From Sphagnum compactum (taxonomy: Eukaryota): a stretch of DNA of 64,000 nt. The DNA lies in assembly GCA_965153455.1 (NCBI GenBank), contig OZ234493.1, forward strand, positions 6,438,213 through 6,502,212, read 5' to 3'. Below the pieces are notes generated by a model. That model made no database searches. It was not told the origin of the DNA and worked only from the letters and a program-made list of their open reading frames with translations. Below, piece by piece: positions 11,470 to 24,737 of this stretch. A program made the position numbers and the translations under genes. Within the stretch, counting starts at the first letter, position 1. The number at the start of each line of letters is the position of its first letter.

Positions 11470-13245
11470 TTTTTTGAAAATTTGAAAAATCTTATGATTG
11501 CCCATAACTACACCAATTGCACATTCAAAGGTGGGAAATTTCCATTTCTCAACCAAATTCCTTGAATTTTTTAAACCAAAATATTCTAGCAATTTGCGTG
11601 CATGCCCCACCAATGATGATGTGTCTTAAGATACAATATGTCTCTAGTCTCAAAAAAATATTCCCATTTTTTATCAAATTATTTGGAGTACAAAAATTTT
11701 TAAAAACTAGATGCAATTAAAAAGCATTGAAGGGTAAATATTCTTGTGACGAGTACAAACGGTTTTCTTTAGAAAAAAATGACACTTGGTGTCATATTAT
11801 GAGGATTTCTTTTTATTACCATATTTAAAAAATGTTCTAGCATGTTGCCAACATATAACACAATTGTTACAAAATTATATTTTTCTCTCTAACCTATAAA
11901 AGAAATGAAAAAAAACCTTCCCATCCATGTGACAACATTTCTATCCCCTTTTTGTCTATTCCCTTTCAATCTAACCATCATGCTTCAACATAGATGTGAA
12001 TACAACCTTTCATTTTGATGTTTATCAAACAAGCAATAATTTATCACAACTAAATTGACTAGGTTTTAGTGACTTTTAATTGTTGAACAAACAATTAGTG
12101 CTACATATCACATGTTCTTTGTGTTGTTGCCATCAATGTTGCACAATAGTGCGAGGTTCGTTTCAAATAGATTTGAATTTTTTTCGTGTTTGTCTTTTGG
12201 GCAACAATCCAAATTCCATCCAAGTTCCATGAACAATATTGTAATATTTATGAATCCACATCCAAATGGAGCTAGATCTCCATCTACCAAAAAATTGAAA
12301 TGTTTGATTGTATCAAGTTTTCCTTTTAACCAAAGCTTTGAAAATTGGTTAATTTATAGTAAGGTGTTGGTCTGTTTGGATAGACCAATTTTGGACATGT
12401 AGTTTAAAACTTTGGGATACCAAAAAGTATTGAATTTTACCAAAATGGTGACTATTCCCTATGTGACCAGTGATCAATTATATTAGTACAACTATTGTAT
12501 GCCTAATCCAATAAAAATATAGACATAAATGACTAGTATATAATGCACCAAATACAATGAGAGATGGTGACTTTCAATGAATATAAAGTTAGGGAATTTT
12601 GCTAAATGGACAAAAAACATGAAACAACATAAAATCCGTAACATCTTAAGGGGCTTTTGTATGTAAACCAATTGATAAGATACTCAAAAGATGCATTTTT
12701 TATAGTCTTATTAAATAATACTAATTAACCCCAATTGAATGAAATCCTTTCAAAATTTTCACTTCCAAACATAATGTATAATACCTTTAAACAAGTATTT
12801 CCTGCCCACATTTATATTCAAACCACCACTCTAGTTAAATTCCATGAAAATTTAATACTACACCTTTGATCTTTTCACTTTCAACTATAAGATTTTCATT
12901 TTGCAAGGAGGCTTTTCTTGTGATTTTAGTATTTCACATATTTATAACATTCTAAAACATGGAAAAAATACCCCTTGGATGGTATTTTTGGTCCATTCAA
13001 GCGAACCAACACCCATTATTTTTTTGAGTCATTCTTGGATCCAAACTTTTGTGTTGATGTAGTTCATCTAAGGACTACACCTATAACTATTAGTCACATA
13101 AATAACTTAGTATTAGCAATGGACATCAACCTGCCACATGGCATCATGGTTTTGTGGATATAGTCAACATGACAACTTGTTGATTTTTGGGGTAAAATAT
13201 CTCATTATTTTTCAAATTGTGCTAATAAATATTTGTGATGTGGAA

Positions 13246-13500
13246 TTAGTTAGTTGAAAGTACCATTGACCTTTATGACTAACAACAACTCAATTTCTCA
13301 TGATGATGACATGGCATGCCAATAAGGTGTTACAACTATAATCAACATCATGATTCATGGTATTAATTTTTATGGAATTTCATTTATTAGTTAGTTGAAA
13401 ATATCATTGACCTTTGCAACTAACAACATTTTAATTTTCCATGATGTTGACATGGCATGCCATGTGGTGACAAGATGTTATGACTATAATCAATATCATC
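13246..13500. repeat. Tandem duplication, ~141-bp period x2
   Basis: ttagttagttgaaa...cattgaccttt...gacatggcatgcc...actataatcaa occurs at ~13246 and ~13387. Confidence 0.75.
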
Positions 13501-13760
13501 ACCACTCATGTGTGCAACAAAACACAATACATGCAACTATTAAATGAACATTACAACTTTAAATCCCTAATTTTCAAATAATAGTTTAACGCATGGACTC
13601 ATAAAAAAATTTACAAAATCCAAAGATTTGTTATTGTTGTGCCCAATAATATTAAAACAAGTGGCAACAACTAATCTCCATTAATAATGAATGTTTGTAT
13701 CTCCAAATGAAAAAGTATCAAATAGAAATTTGACACATGGATGTAACATAACATAATATA

Positions 13761-14647
13761 TGTCGCAACCCTAGCCTTGGGCTCGCGACCAAGGCTAAAA
13801 GGGGTTACAAGGGTGCGGGCCAGGAGGAGTGTGAGAGTGTGGGAATGAAGACTCACATTCCCGAGTGAGTTCCCATTTTGGGAGTTGGAGTCCCGGTGGA
13901 CTCTCGAACCTTCAGAGAGCAATTGCAGAGCTTAAAACACCTTGCATTGAAGAGTTATTTATATCATTGGAAAGCTATTGAATTTTAGATGTCTAAAATG
14001 GGCTTGCATGACCCATTTGGACATCTGCAACCCAAGTTATGGCGAAATGAAAGGCCGAGGGTCAAAGTGGCAATTTGACTCCCGACCACAAAAAGTCAGG
14101 AATCGACCCGACTTCCATGCGTTCAGGTGACATGCGGCACACCGTTGGAAAGCTCTCAACAAGAGCTACAACTTTGCTTCAGACCTCATCCTGATCGGAG
14201 GTCCGAACATGAAATTATGGCCTCGCAAAGTTGCGGGAGTTCCAACCTTGGCAGTTTCGAGACTCTCCTTCGGGAGTCCTGGGACAAAAATCCATTTGGA
14301 TGTAGGCTTCGCGGAGAGGTGCAAAGTATACTATATGGGGGAAGGTGGTGGCTTCCCCCGAATCCGGGCAATAGTGAGTCTCGTGAGTCCAAGGTCGCCT
14401 GTGGCTTGTCCTAGCACCAAAGGTGCCCCAACATTGTATTAACCAACGTGTTGGTTGGTTTGATGCAGATTCGAGTGAGTAAATAGATTGCTTATCACTC
14501 TTCCTAGTCCCATCCCGGAGCTCCAGCACGCCCTTCTACCCCTTTGAAGTGCTGAGAGCCAGGGAGCGTGCCCCGAATTCCTAACCTTTCCGTTTTTTCC
14601 TATTTTAGAATCATCCTGAGTCCAACCAGGAGCTTGGGAGCGCATCA
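13761..14647. mobile_element. Solo LTR (887 bp) with 5-bp TSD
   Basis: Starts TGTCGCAACC and ends GCGCATCA (TG...CA). It is flanked by a perfect ATATA duplication (13756-13760 and 14648-14652) and is a GC-rich island in AT-rich DNA. No internal gag/pol. Confidence 0.9.
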
Positions 14648-15141
14648 ATATATGTAATTATTAAGTGAAATTTGTAACTATAAGTCCTTAATTATCAAAT
14701 AATAAATTAACACATAACATCACAAGAGAAATTGCCAAACCCAAAGGTGTATTGTTCTGACCAATATAATCACAACAAGTAACAACAACAATTAATCCCT
14801 ATTGTTCAACTAATATTGAATGTTTACATGATTTACAAGTGAAAAAAATTTAAATAGAACCTTGATACATGGGTGCAATTGTACACAATACATGCAACTA
14901 TTAAATGAACATTGTAATTGTAGGTAATTAATTATCTAATGGTAAAAGTTCACACGTGGCATCATAAATAATAGAAATGGGAACGTAGCAATTGGGCAAC
15001 CCTTATGTAGCCTAGGTAATTTAGATAACCTTAAGTGGCCACTTAAATTAGTTATATTGCCTAAGGTAGGTTGAATAGGTTATTTAAGTAGGTTAGAAAA
15101 AATGTTTAATAAAAGGCAGTTACATTTTATAGTACATAAAA

Positions 15142-15210
15142 AAAAGATTGGTGCAATGGTAAGGATTTTGCCCCTTGATGTGGAAGTGAAAGGTTCAAAT
15201 CCTTACTCTT
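15142..15210 (+). other. tRNA-like (SINE head or tRNA pseudogene) segment with Pol III A and B boxes
   Basis: A box TGGTGCAATGG (15149-15159) and B box GGTTCAAATCC (15192-15202) at tRNA spacing, with a T-arm AAGG-TTCAAAT-CCTT. The acceptor and anticodon stems are degenerate. Confidence 0.5.
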
Positions 15211-18200
15211 GTAACATTTATATATTTTAGTCCAAGGTAGGTAGTTTACATGGCTAATCTTGGCTAAAGTTTCTATGCTACGCCACCCAAGTTCCCACCT
15301 AGCCCATGTTTTAAACCTAGGTGACCTAGTCTAGGTAAGGTGGCTTGCAATGTTACAAAGGATGCCAATTGATACCTAGTGGTGTTGCATTAGAGATGGT
15401 AATGGCAACAACCTTGGAAAACAAAATTTTTGATTGAAGATATTGAATAGGTTTTGTTTATTATGTTATAAGTTTGCAAGTTCCATGCCTAATGCAAACC
15501 AAATGATCAATTAAATTGGTCCTTTCATCAAGCCATCATTTTTGATTACCTAGCAATCAATAATAACACAAATTTTATCAATCCTTGGATTATTGTAGGT
15601 GCAATATCATGTAGTTGCACAAATGCTTGAAGTGATTTCACAAACACTGACTCAAGACTATGTGGTGAATATTATTTGCACCATGGTTGCACTACAAGCC
15701 AAGGTGAACACCCTTTGATGTCCATGATCCACCTTATGAAGTCTAATAAGTTTAGATGAAGATAATGATAGGAAAAAATATGTTTGGCATGATCATATAA
15801 GAACTATGATACGAGGATGGAGTATAATATAATTATTTTCCTAGTTGCTACATTTTATAATAATAGTTTTCCCATCTAAATATAATTGATCAATGTTTGA
15901 TGCTTGGGAAGTTTTATCAATAGTGAGTTATGTAAGGTCATTATGTAAATTTGAAGAAAGTAGGATCAACGCAATACATTTTTTAACATTGGCTTCATGC
16001 ATAGGTGAAAGGGTACTTCAGTTGATCTAAACATATACTTAAATTGTTGTTGCCAATTTAAAACAAACACTATCAAAGCACATGTGCATAACAACTCACA
16101 TGAATTTTTTTTGTAAAGGGTTTTCCTCTTCAATTTTAGTAATTGTGAAGAGGAAGACAAGGTTTTGTAAAGAAAATGAACCTAATAGCTATTAGTAAGG
16201 GAAAAAATGTAAATTGAAATCTTGTCACCCCCATGTGGGTTGAAAGATTGGAATGTTTAATGTTCTTTTTACCAATTCTACAGCAAGGTCTAATTGTTTT
16301 ACAATTTGTGTCTCTAACTTGAACATGTTGGTTTGTATTGACTAACATACAGATGGTGATAATCCAATGGTTGACATTGATGACAACACGAGCATTATCA
16401 CATATATAAAGGAACTTGGAGTATGTTCTTTCATTCTCTTTCAACTAGGATTATACTTGTGCTTTGTATTTCATGTGTGCATGGTGGTCATCTAATATAA
16501 AGATTAAGGATGCATTCATAAAATTTTACTTCTTTCTAATACAATGCATTAGGTAACTTAAATTTTGTTTATCTTTTTTGAAAAATTTATGGAGCTTCAA
16601 ATGCCAATTGGAATGCTCCCAAATTGGTCTTAAAGATCTTGTTATTGTATATTACATGTGGAACCATTATGGAGTAAATGTCCAAACTTTCAAAACAACC
16701 ATTGAAGCAACATGCATGTTATTGAAAATTGATGACAATATGAATGACATCAAGAAAAAACAAGTTTCATCATATGGACCTAAACAACCCCAAATTGACA
16801 TAGAGGTCGATGTTGATAGTGAGCAAATGATTCCTAAGTGATATGGAGGTACTCAAAATAATTTCCTTGTGTGCTTGCATTCATTTTTCTTTAGAAAACC
16901 CCCTTGTTCCATGCCATGTCACGATGCCATTACATGCCATCTTATTAAAGTGTACCATGAGAAAGTTGCATGTTGACAAGCTTTTAGAGTAATAGAAAAT
17001 TGAGTGGTTATTCATATTCATGAACATTATTTGTAGATCAAACAAAGGTTGAAGAGTCATTATGTGTGGTTATCCATTAAGGTGAATTAAATCTACAATT
17101 TTAGTTTTGTACACCAACTACACTTATAATTAGGTCTTGATATCATATTATCAAGGGAAAGAGAGTTATGTAAGATTGAAAAATGTGGCACATGTGCCAT
17201 TTCACTTGACAATTTTTCTATTCTCTATGTTATGCACATGGGTTGTGCCCTGAGTACTCAATGGTGTTGCTTTGCATGAGTGGACCAAAAACATCGTCTA
17301 AAATGTATATTATTCATATTTTGGAATGTAATGAATATGTGAAATACAACCACAACAAAAATATGAAAACGAAATGAAAAAACTTATAGTTCAAAAGCAA
17401 GAAGATCAAGGGCATACCAATGAATTTTAATGGAATTTAACTAAAGTGATATTGCATGAATATATTTGTGAGGAAGAAATATTGTTCAAAGGGTATTGGA
17501 CATTATTTTTGAAATGAAAACTTTGAAAGGGTTTCATCCAATTGCAATCAATTGGTATTATTTCATACGATGATAATATATGCATCTTTTGAATATTTTA
17601 TTAGGTAATGTACATACAACAAAACACCCTTGGGATGTAAGGAATGCAATGAAATGTCACAATTCTTTTCCACCTAACAAAATACCTTAATTTTATATTC
17701 ATTGGGGGCCAACTCCTTTCACTATATTTGGTATAATATATACTAGTTATCTTCTTTTTTTGTTGGAGTTAGGCATATAATAGTTGTACTAATATAATTT
17801 GTCAATGGTCACATATGAAATAATTACGATTTTGGTCAAACTCATTTTTTTTTAATATTCTAACATACTATAATATTTGTTGAAAATTGGTCCACTCAAG
17901 TAAATTGATGCCTTCAATCAATTATCACACAAGCATAACTTGGAACTTACGTTCTAAAGTCAATCTCCTTTTATTCAAAAAACCATGTTGTGAAGACAAC
18001 AAACTTGGAACCCAAATTTTAGATCTAGCTTTTGGGCAAACCCATCCTCAAGGGTGGTACCACTTGGAACCACTTCACCAAAATCCAAGGAAAGGTGGTG
18101 TTAACATATAGTTATTAGTTGGATATTAACATGTATTAAACATATATATGATTTTTATAAATGTTAATTTGTAGTTAATTTGTCAATAAAATGTTAACGT

Positions 18201-21200
18201 GTATTAAGGATTCCTAACATTCTTGACCCCTTATCATTAATGTCAATTTGCACCATTGTAAAAAAATTGGTTTTTCAATTATAATCATTAAGGTATGGCC
18301 CAAATTATTGATTGAAGCCAAAAATTAAAAATTACTACAAATTTGCAAACATGAATGCAATGGCCTTTCAAGACCTCCTAAACTTTGCAAATTGTTCCCT
18401 CAATCTACTATTTATTTTTAAAATAAAAAGAGGACTATTCAAGGTCTTCCTAAGATTTAAAATCATTAAAAAAAAATGAAAACACGTTCTTTTTGTGTTC
18501 TTGAACAAAGGAACCCCAATCGTTATTTTCTTAAAACTTTTTCCTTGACCACTAATTTGGAATATTAAAATATATATATATTTATAAATCCAATATTTGA
18601 AGTTTCACAATTTACATGACTAGGATAATATTTTGATATAAAATTTGAAACGAAAAGTTTTCCTTAAATGAATCATGTGTTCTTTTGAACTTGGGTGGGC
18701 CTCAAGATTTTGGGACATGACAATCTTGATGGTACTGCCCAACGATGGGTCTACCCTCCTTGTATTAGAAAAAATATATTGTGAATAAATTATGTTGTGA
18801 AGAGAAGAGATTGTAAATGTCATAATAGTTTGAAAAGACATTTTTCAAAACCTACCCAATGCTTGTACTAGGGAGCTTGATGTCCAATTCATTGCTCTTT
18901 AACTATCAACAATAAAATAGGACCATTGAAGACCTTTGCCTTTAGTAGTAATTTAATAAGGAGTATGGAAATGGGAACCAATATTGTGATATCATTATTT
19001 GCTTATGCTCTTTATGGTGGATACCATTAGGATCAACAAGCACATACATCATATAGAAATGAACTGCTAATGCAACATGTAGTAATAATTAATCCAATGT
19101 ACCATATGCATTTGCTTGATTTTTCCATCTTGTAACTGGGACTGTGGGAGTTAGTTGAAAAAAATTAAAGTATAGCCATTCATTGGTTGAAAGTTTTTGA
19201 AATTGTGTTTTAATTCACATTAGTGAAACATCCAAGCTAGTAAAAACCATTTGTGGTTGTTATAGGAGTGTTCTTTTATGTCATTAAAAGCAAACATGTT
19301 TTTATCATCTCATTTCTCAAAGAAAATAATCTCAATCCCTCTTTTCACATTTGGGAGCTTGCTTGCTTTTTACATTAATATTAAAAGTAACTCTTCTAAA
19401 TGTTATGGCTCCAAGAAGGCACCATGTTGGTGGGTATGTCAATTTTAATTTTTCAACCAAGTAAAGGTATGTAAGATAAAATATTTAAAACCATGTAAAG
19501 GTGAAAATATATAACCTTTGCAAAGTGATAAATTAATAGAATAGGGCAAAGGTCAATGTTGAAGATTTACCCTTTTCACAAGGTAAAGGCAATGGTAAAA
19601 TTTTCATCATTTACTCCCTCTTTGCAATGTGGGTATAAAGTAAATCAAGATATTTACATCAATATGACACGTTGCCGTGGAGAAAGATAATTGATTGCAT
19701 AACTAGCATTCCAAACATGAAATTGTGAAACTACAAACATCCTATTCTATTTTATTTTAAATTTAAATAGAATTGATGACCATTGTTCAATTATTTTGAA
19801 AGCATTTACAAATTGCTAAATGATAATAGAATCCAAAGGCAGTTCAAGAATATAGGGTAGGAAACTTTTTCAAGGTAACGAATAAAATAAAATGCCAAAA
19901 GCAAATCTAGTCAATAGTTAATCACCAATAGTTCCAAGAAATCCATCATAACCACATACATTGCAAAAATATGGGAATGCATAGATATATAAATATATAT
20001 TCAAAATATTATCCTTCCTTGAATAAGGGTAAATTGCTAACCGTGTAAAATTAAAAACTGGTAAGTCTAAAACATTTACTAGCCAAGTAGGGTAATTAAA
20101 AGAATACAATTTATTATTAACTAGGTAGTTTAAATATATACCTTTGTATACAATGTATACATAATAATTACGTGTGAAGACAGTGGGGTAAAAGATCTAT
20201 CCACCCAACATTGGTAGGAGTGAGTACCTCTTCAACCTTTGTATAAATCTAACCATTAACATTCAAAAAAATGAAAAAGGTCAAAAGTTAAACAATTCAA
20301 AGTTAACATGTACATGTGGGAGAAAAATCCAACTTTATTAAACATTTTCAAACACTTGAAATTGGGTGGAATAATGTTAATGGCTAACACCTTGTTAGCA
20401 ATATCTTAATCTATATTATCCCACCCATTACCAAAAAAAAAATACAAAATTACCCTTTCAACTACAATGTTGATGTCAACACTTGTCAATCATATAAGTG
20501 GTTTTAGGAGTCTTACATGAATGAATACTATTACTATCATCATCTTGTACCATCCACACTTAAGTATATAATTATGTTATCTCATTTCCTTCATCTCCGT
20601 TTGTCATTCCAAGCTCTTATATTCATTTTACATTTGTTTTTATATAGGTGTTAATTTGCAACTCCATTCCTTTTTGTATCAATTATTCTATAATGTTTTT
20701 GATGTTCCAACATTGTAATGCAACTCAATTATTTTATGGTATTGCAATGCATTTTGATTTTTTGGAACACAACATTTTTTACATTGGAAACTTTAATTTG
20801 TTTGACAATGGGTTTAATGTTGTTCCAGTGTGCTTCAATTCTTTGGACTATAATGTTATTTGTATTTGCAATTTAATCACATTTATATTATGTGTTCAAT
20901 GTTCCAAAGTGCTTCTTCAAACTATAATATTATTGCATTGTTCATTGGTATTGTGATGTGTGGTGTTGTGATATTTCACTTGTTCTTTAAGGTACAATAT
21001 TTTTAAAAAAAAAGTTGCTCATGTGTTTAAAATATGTGTAGGGTGTGAACACAATAAAATGACCCACCGGTTATTTAGTCACACACCAAAATTCTTAACA
21101 CCCTACACATAGAAGTAAAGTTGCAATAGAAGTTTTAGTGGAAGGCATGAAGATGAGCTTGGCATTGTCAATATGAGTTACAATTAATTCATTACACATA

Positions 21201-24200
21201 GCAAGGGCATGTTAGTTTGAGATGATGGGAATTTTGCACCTCACCCATCATGCGATGACTCCGAATGCCATCTTGCATATTGGCATTATTTAAATGGGAC
21301 ATGATTAATATCTCAACCTATGAACTGGGCATCATATACATGTTGTTTTAAGCAAAATACATCGCCAAATGCACCAAAGTGCTTGCAAAGAATTATGATG
21401 TTTTGCAAGACTTTCATGTTGGCTAATTTGTCTTTGGAATGTAATATCACACAATTCATGTGATGTTTCTAAGTTGTCCCCTTTTTGTCAATGACCACGG
21501 GTTTCCCCCCCCCTCCCCCCTCCCGAGAAATTATCATCTATTGCTGAAAAAAATGATGTACAAACTACAAACTAATGGTTGTGCTTCTAAGATGTAAATA
21601 GTGTAGACTTGGTGGCCATTGTACTCTTCAAAACACTTTCTAACCTTACCACCTCCAAGACAAAGGCATATCAAATTGGATCAAACACAATTTATGGCTC
21701 CTCCTTAGGCACACCAAGCACAACCCGTAGCATCCAAAAACAATCCAAAAATCAAAGGTAAAGCTTGAAGATGAGGGCTTTATGTAAAAGATCATGACCT
21801 TCCTTTCTTCTTTTTTTCTTTTTTTCTTTTTTTTGTGGTTGAGGGTTGTTTGTTTACAATGACGGTCTAGTGCATGTCAAGAAGGCCGTCAACAATGAGA
21901 TGCATAATTCATGTTGGAAAAGATGTTTTTTTAGCTGAAAAGAAGTGTGAAGAGCAAGAACCTTATAAAAAGGTAAAGCCCGATGCAAAAAAATGAAAAG
22001 CACACTTTCAAAAGTTTAGAAGCCCATGGATTTATTAGGCATTTTAACACAGCCTCCAACTACACCACAAAAAATTCTGCCAGGTCCCTTCCTTACATGA
22101 AATTGAACCACCCTCTCAAACGTCCACTCTTTGGTCATGATTCATGACCACATGACCATGGTGGTCATATTCATGGGCATTACCACAAATGCCCATTGAC
22201 ATTTGTGGTCCATGGGCATGGCTTGCACTATGCATCAATGACCTATTGTAGGGTTTAATGCAAATTAAACCACCCCATGCCCACATGAATTGGGGATGAT
22301 CCATAAGACAATTTAGCCAAATCTAGCTATAAACAAAATATGAAAATAAAAAATAATTTAACCATCCTTCCATATTGTTTTACTACTGGGATTTAACATA
22401 GAAATCTGACTATTTTGCTTTAAAATTGAAATTAGTCGAATTGAAAAACCCAGATTTTTTTTTAAAAATTAATTAATTTTGCCATTTTCAAAAAGGACTT
22501 GCCAGTTAGCCAGAAAAAAAAGAACTACTGGTGTGCACAAAAGCACTGCCAGAAAATTTAGAGTGTATATATGGAGGGCACTTTATGCAGCTGAATTTGT
22601 CTTTTGCAAAAAGGGCCGGGAGTTTTGAAAAATAATTTCCTATGCTACCTGATGGAACCCTGCCCGACACTTGTCTACTCCAGTTGAGGGGCAGCTATAA
22701 TGGGTCTCTCTGTAGAATTAAGCCTGCTTCCTCTGCCCGAGCTTCCCCTGCCCCCCCCCCAAGGCTTCTTGCCCTTTTGTAGTCTGGTTTTTTCTTAACT
22801 CTAGTGGGGTCTTTCTGGTCTCTGTGTAAAATTTTAGATAGAGACCCTGGTCCATAGTCTGCAGTCAATTTTGTAACCCTAAAATTAGATTCTCCCATAG
22901 TTGTTAATGCAAATACACAAGTATTGCTGCAAGTTTTTTTTTCCCCAGTCTGCCCTTTGCCCCCATTTTTTTTCACCTTGGTATTTCTAGACACGTTTTG
23001 GGTCCATGTCATACATGTTTTGGGCATGTTGTGGGTGCTAGGTAGGGGGTATGTAACACACAACAAGACCCTTGCCATGTTATATACTCCTTGGTACTCA
23101 TAACATGGGAGGTTATGGGTGCCTAACATGATAAGGTAAAAGAAAAGCTAGGGTAAATTAAAGGCTAGAGTGAGGGAAAAAAATTGCAGCAATACTTAGT
23201 GCATTAACAACAATGCGCAATTGTAATGTTAGGGTTTGCACATTGTACACACAATTTCCATGTTACCTTTGAACCTTTGCCCTTGAAAATAATCACAATG
23301 TTTAATAGTGTCAAAGAGATGCTCCTTTGCATTGTTCAAACTTCGTGCTGCAACTAAGGACAATGCATGATGAAAAATTTCTCAAGTTTGGCTAACTTCA
23401 ATACAATGACTATATGTAATCGAATGCATAGACTGGCTATCAAAGTTTCAAATAAAGTTGGGATAACTTACACTCAACATACCTAACAACCCTTTTGAAC
23501 AACTTTGTACTTTGGTTTCCCTATTATTATATCTTCTTTAGCAATTTGTGTATTGGCAAACCTTATGCATATTCTATTAAAGCAGAATGTGGAAGAGCAT
23601 TTCAATTAGTTTTAGTTCTTGTTTCTTCATGTTTCCACTTGTACACAAAGGTTTCTACCTCATTTGAACTTCACGGGAATGAAAGAAGTCTAATGAACAA
23701 GTTGAAACATTTTGACAATCTATTTCAATTGTGAGTCAAGCGAATAAAAAACATTTAGGAGTTTTAGGATAACTTTACTTTGGAGGTTTACATATGACCT
23801 CCATATATGTGTTTCCTAGTGACCCAAATTATGGTAATTTATTCTTTTACATAAGAGTTGTTCTACAATCCCATAAACAACTTCCCACTTAGGCCATTTA
23901 AAGTGCTTTAACAAATGCCCATGGGTCTAATCCCGATTTGTTTTGTCTAAGTGAATGTTTTAACCTTTAGAAGCTTTCCTCTTGAACATTGATGATTAAC
24001 AAATATGCAATAAGTTAGATTTGGCACATCTTGTGGATGTTGATGATTTATCACATTTTCTAACTCTTTCAATAGATTTCATAGATGGTATTTTTGTCAC
24101 ACCACCACCTTTACAATTGAAAACTAACAACACTTAGCCTTGAAAAATCTCTCATTTAAAATTGCATTACTCAAAGCTACACTACAACACAAACAAAAAG

Positions 24201-24737
24201 AAAATTGCAAACCATGTGATTAGCAAGAAAGCCCAAGCAAAACATATTATCATGTGCCTACATTTGTGTTTGAATATCAATTCTTACAAATTAATCACAC
24301 TCCACATTTGTGGCTCGCATGACCTTCATTACCTCTTCAGATCAATTTCTGTTATAAACTAAAAACCCCATAAAAGACCGGTGTTTCAAGTGGAGCTTTC
24401 ATGTGTAAGCACATGCAAGTTAACTAAAGAATTCATAGCAACTCTAGAGTTGATACATGTGCAATACTAGAGTCAATAGTGCAAGAGTTTCTATTGCAAA
24501 AAAAAGGTTGAAAAATCAATAGCAAACACGAATCCACACCATGTGCAATTGTTTTTTGTTGGCTTCATCTTTGAGCTTCTTAACATTTAGATCCAATTGT
24601 CTGTTCCATTCCACATAGATCTTGTCTTACAAACCAAATATTATGCATTATGCCTATTGATTATATTAAGACAAGTTAGGATCACACTAAACTCCTTATC
24701 CATGTGGTGAAATTGACTCCTATTTCACATGAAGTTA

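Larger units (their letters stand above)
12375..17902. mobile_element. Fold-back/Mutator-like element with ~0.9-kb diverged inverted arms
   Basis: ~12375-13330 aligns by eye in reverse complement to ~16900-17902. Examples: tattagtacaactattgtatgcctaa (12482) vs ttaggcatataatagttgtactaata (17769), and tttttggtccattca (~12985) vs tgagtggaccaaaaa (~17277). Boundaries are approximate. Confidence 0.75.

Noticed and set aside
14127..14648. Several overlapping ORFs
   Set aside because: All inside the GC-rich solo LTR; no protein motifs.
18550..19450. Possible further hAT relic (WW..G, E.N.S..IH-like traces)
   Set aside because: Too degenerate to support by eye; needs an HMM search.
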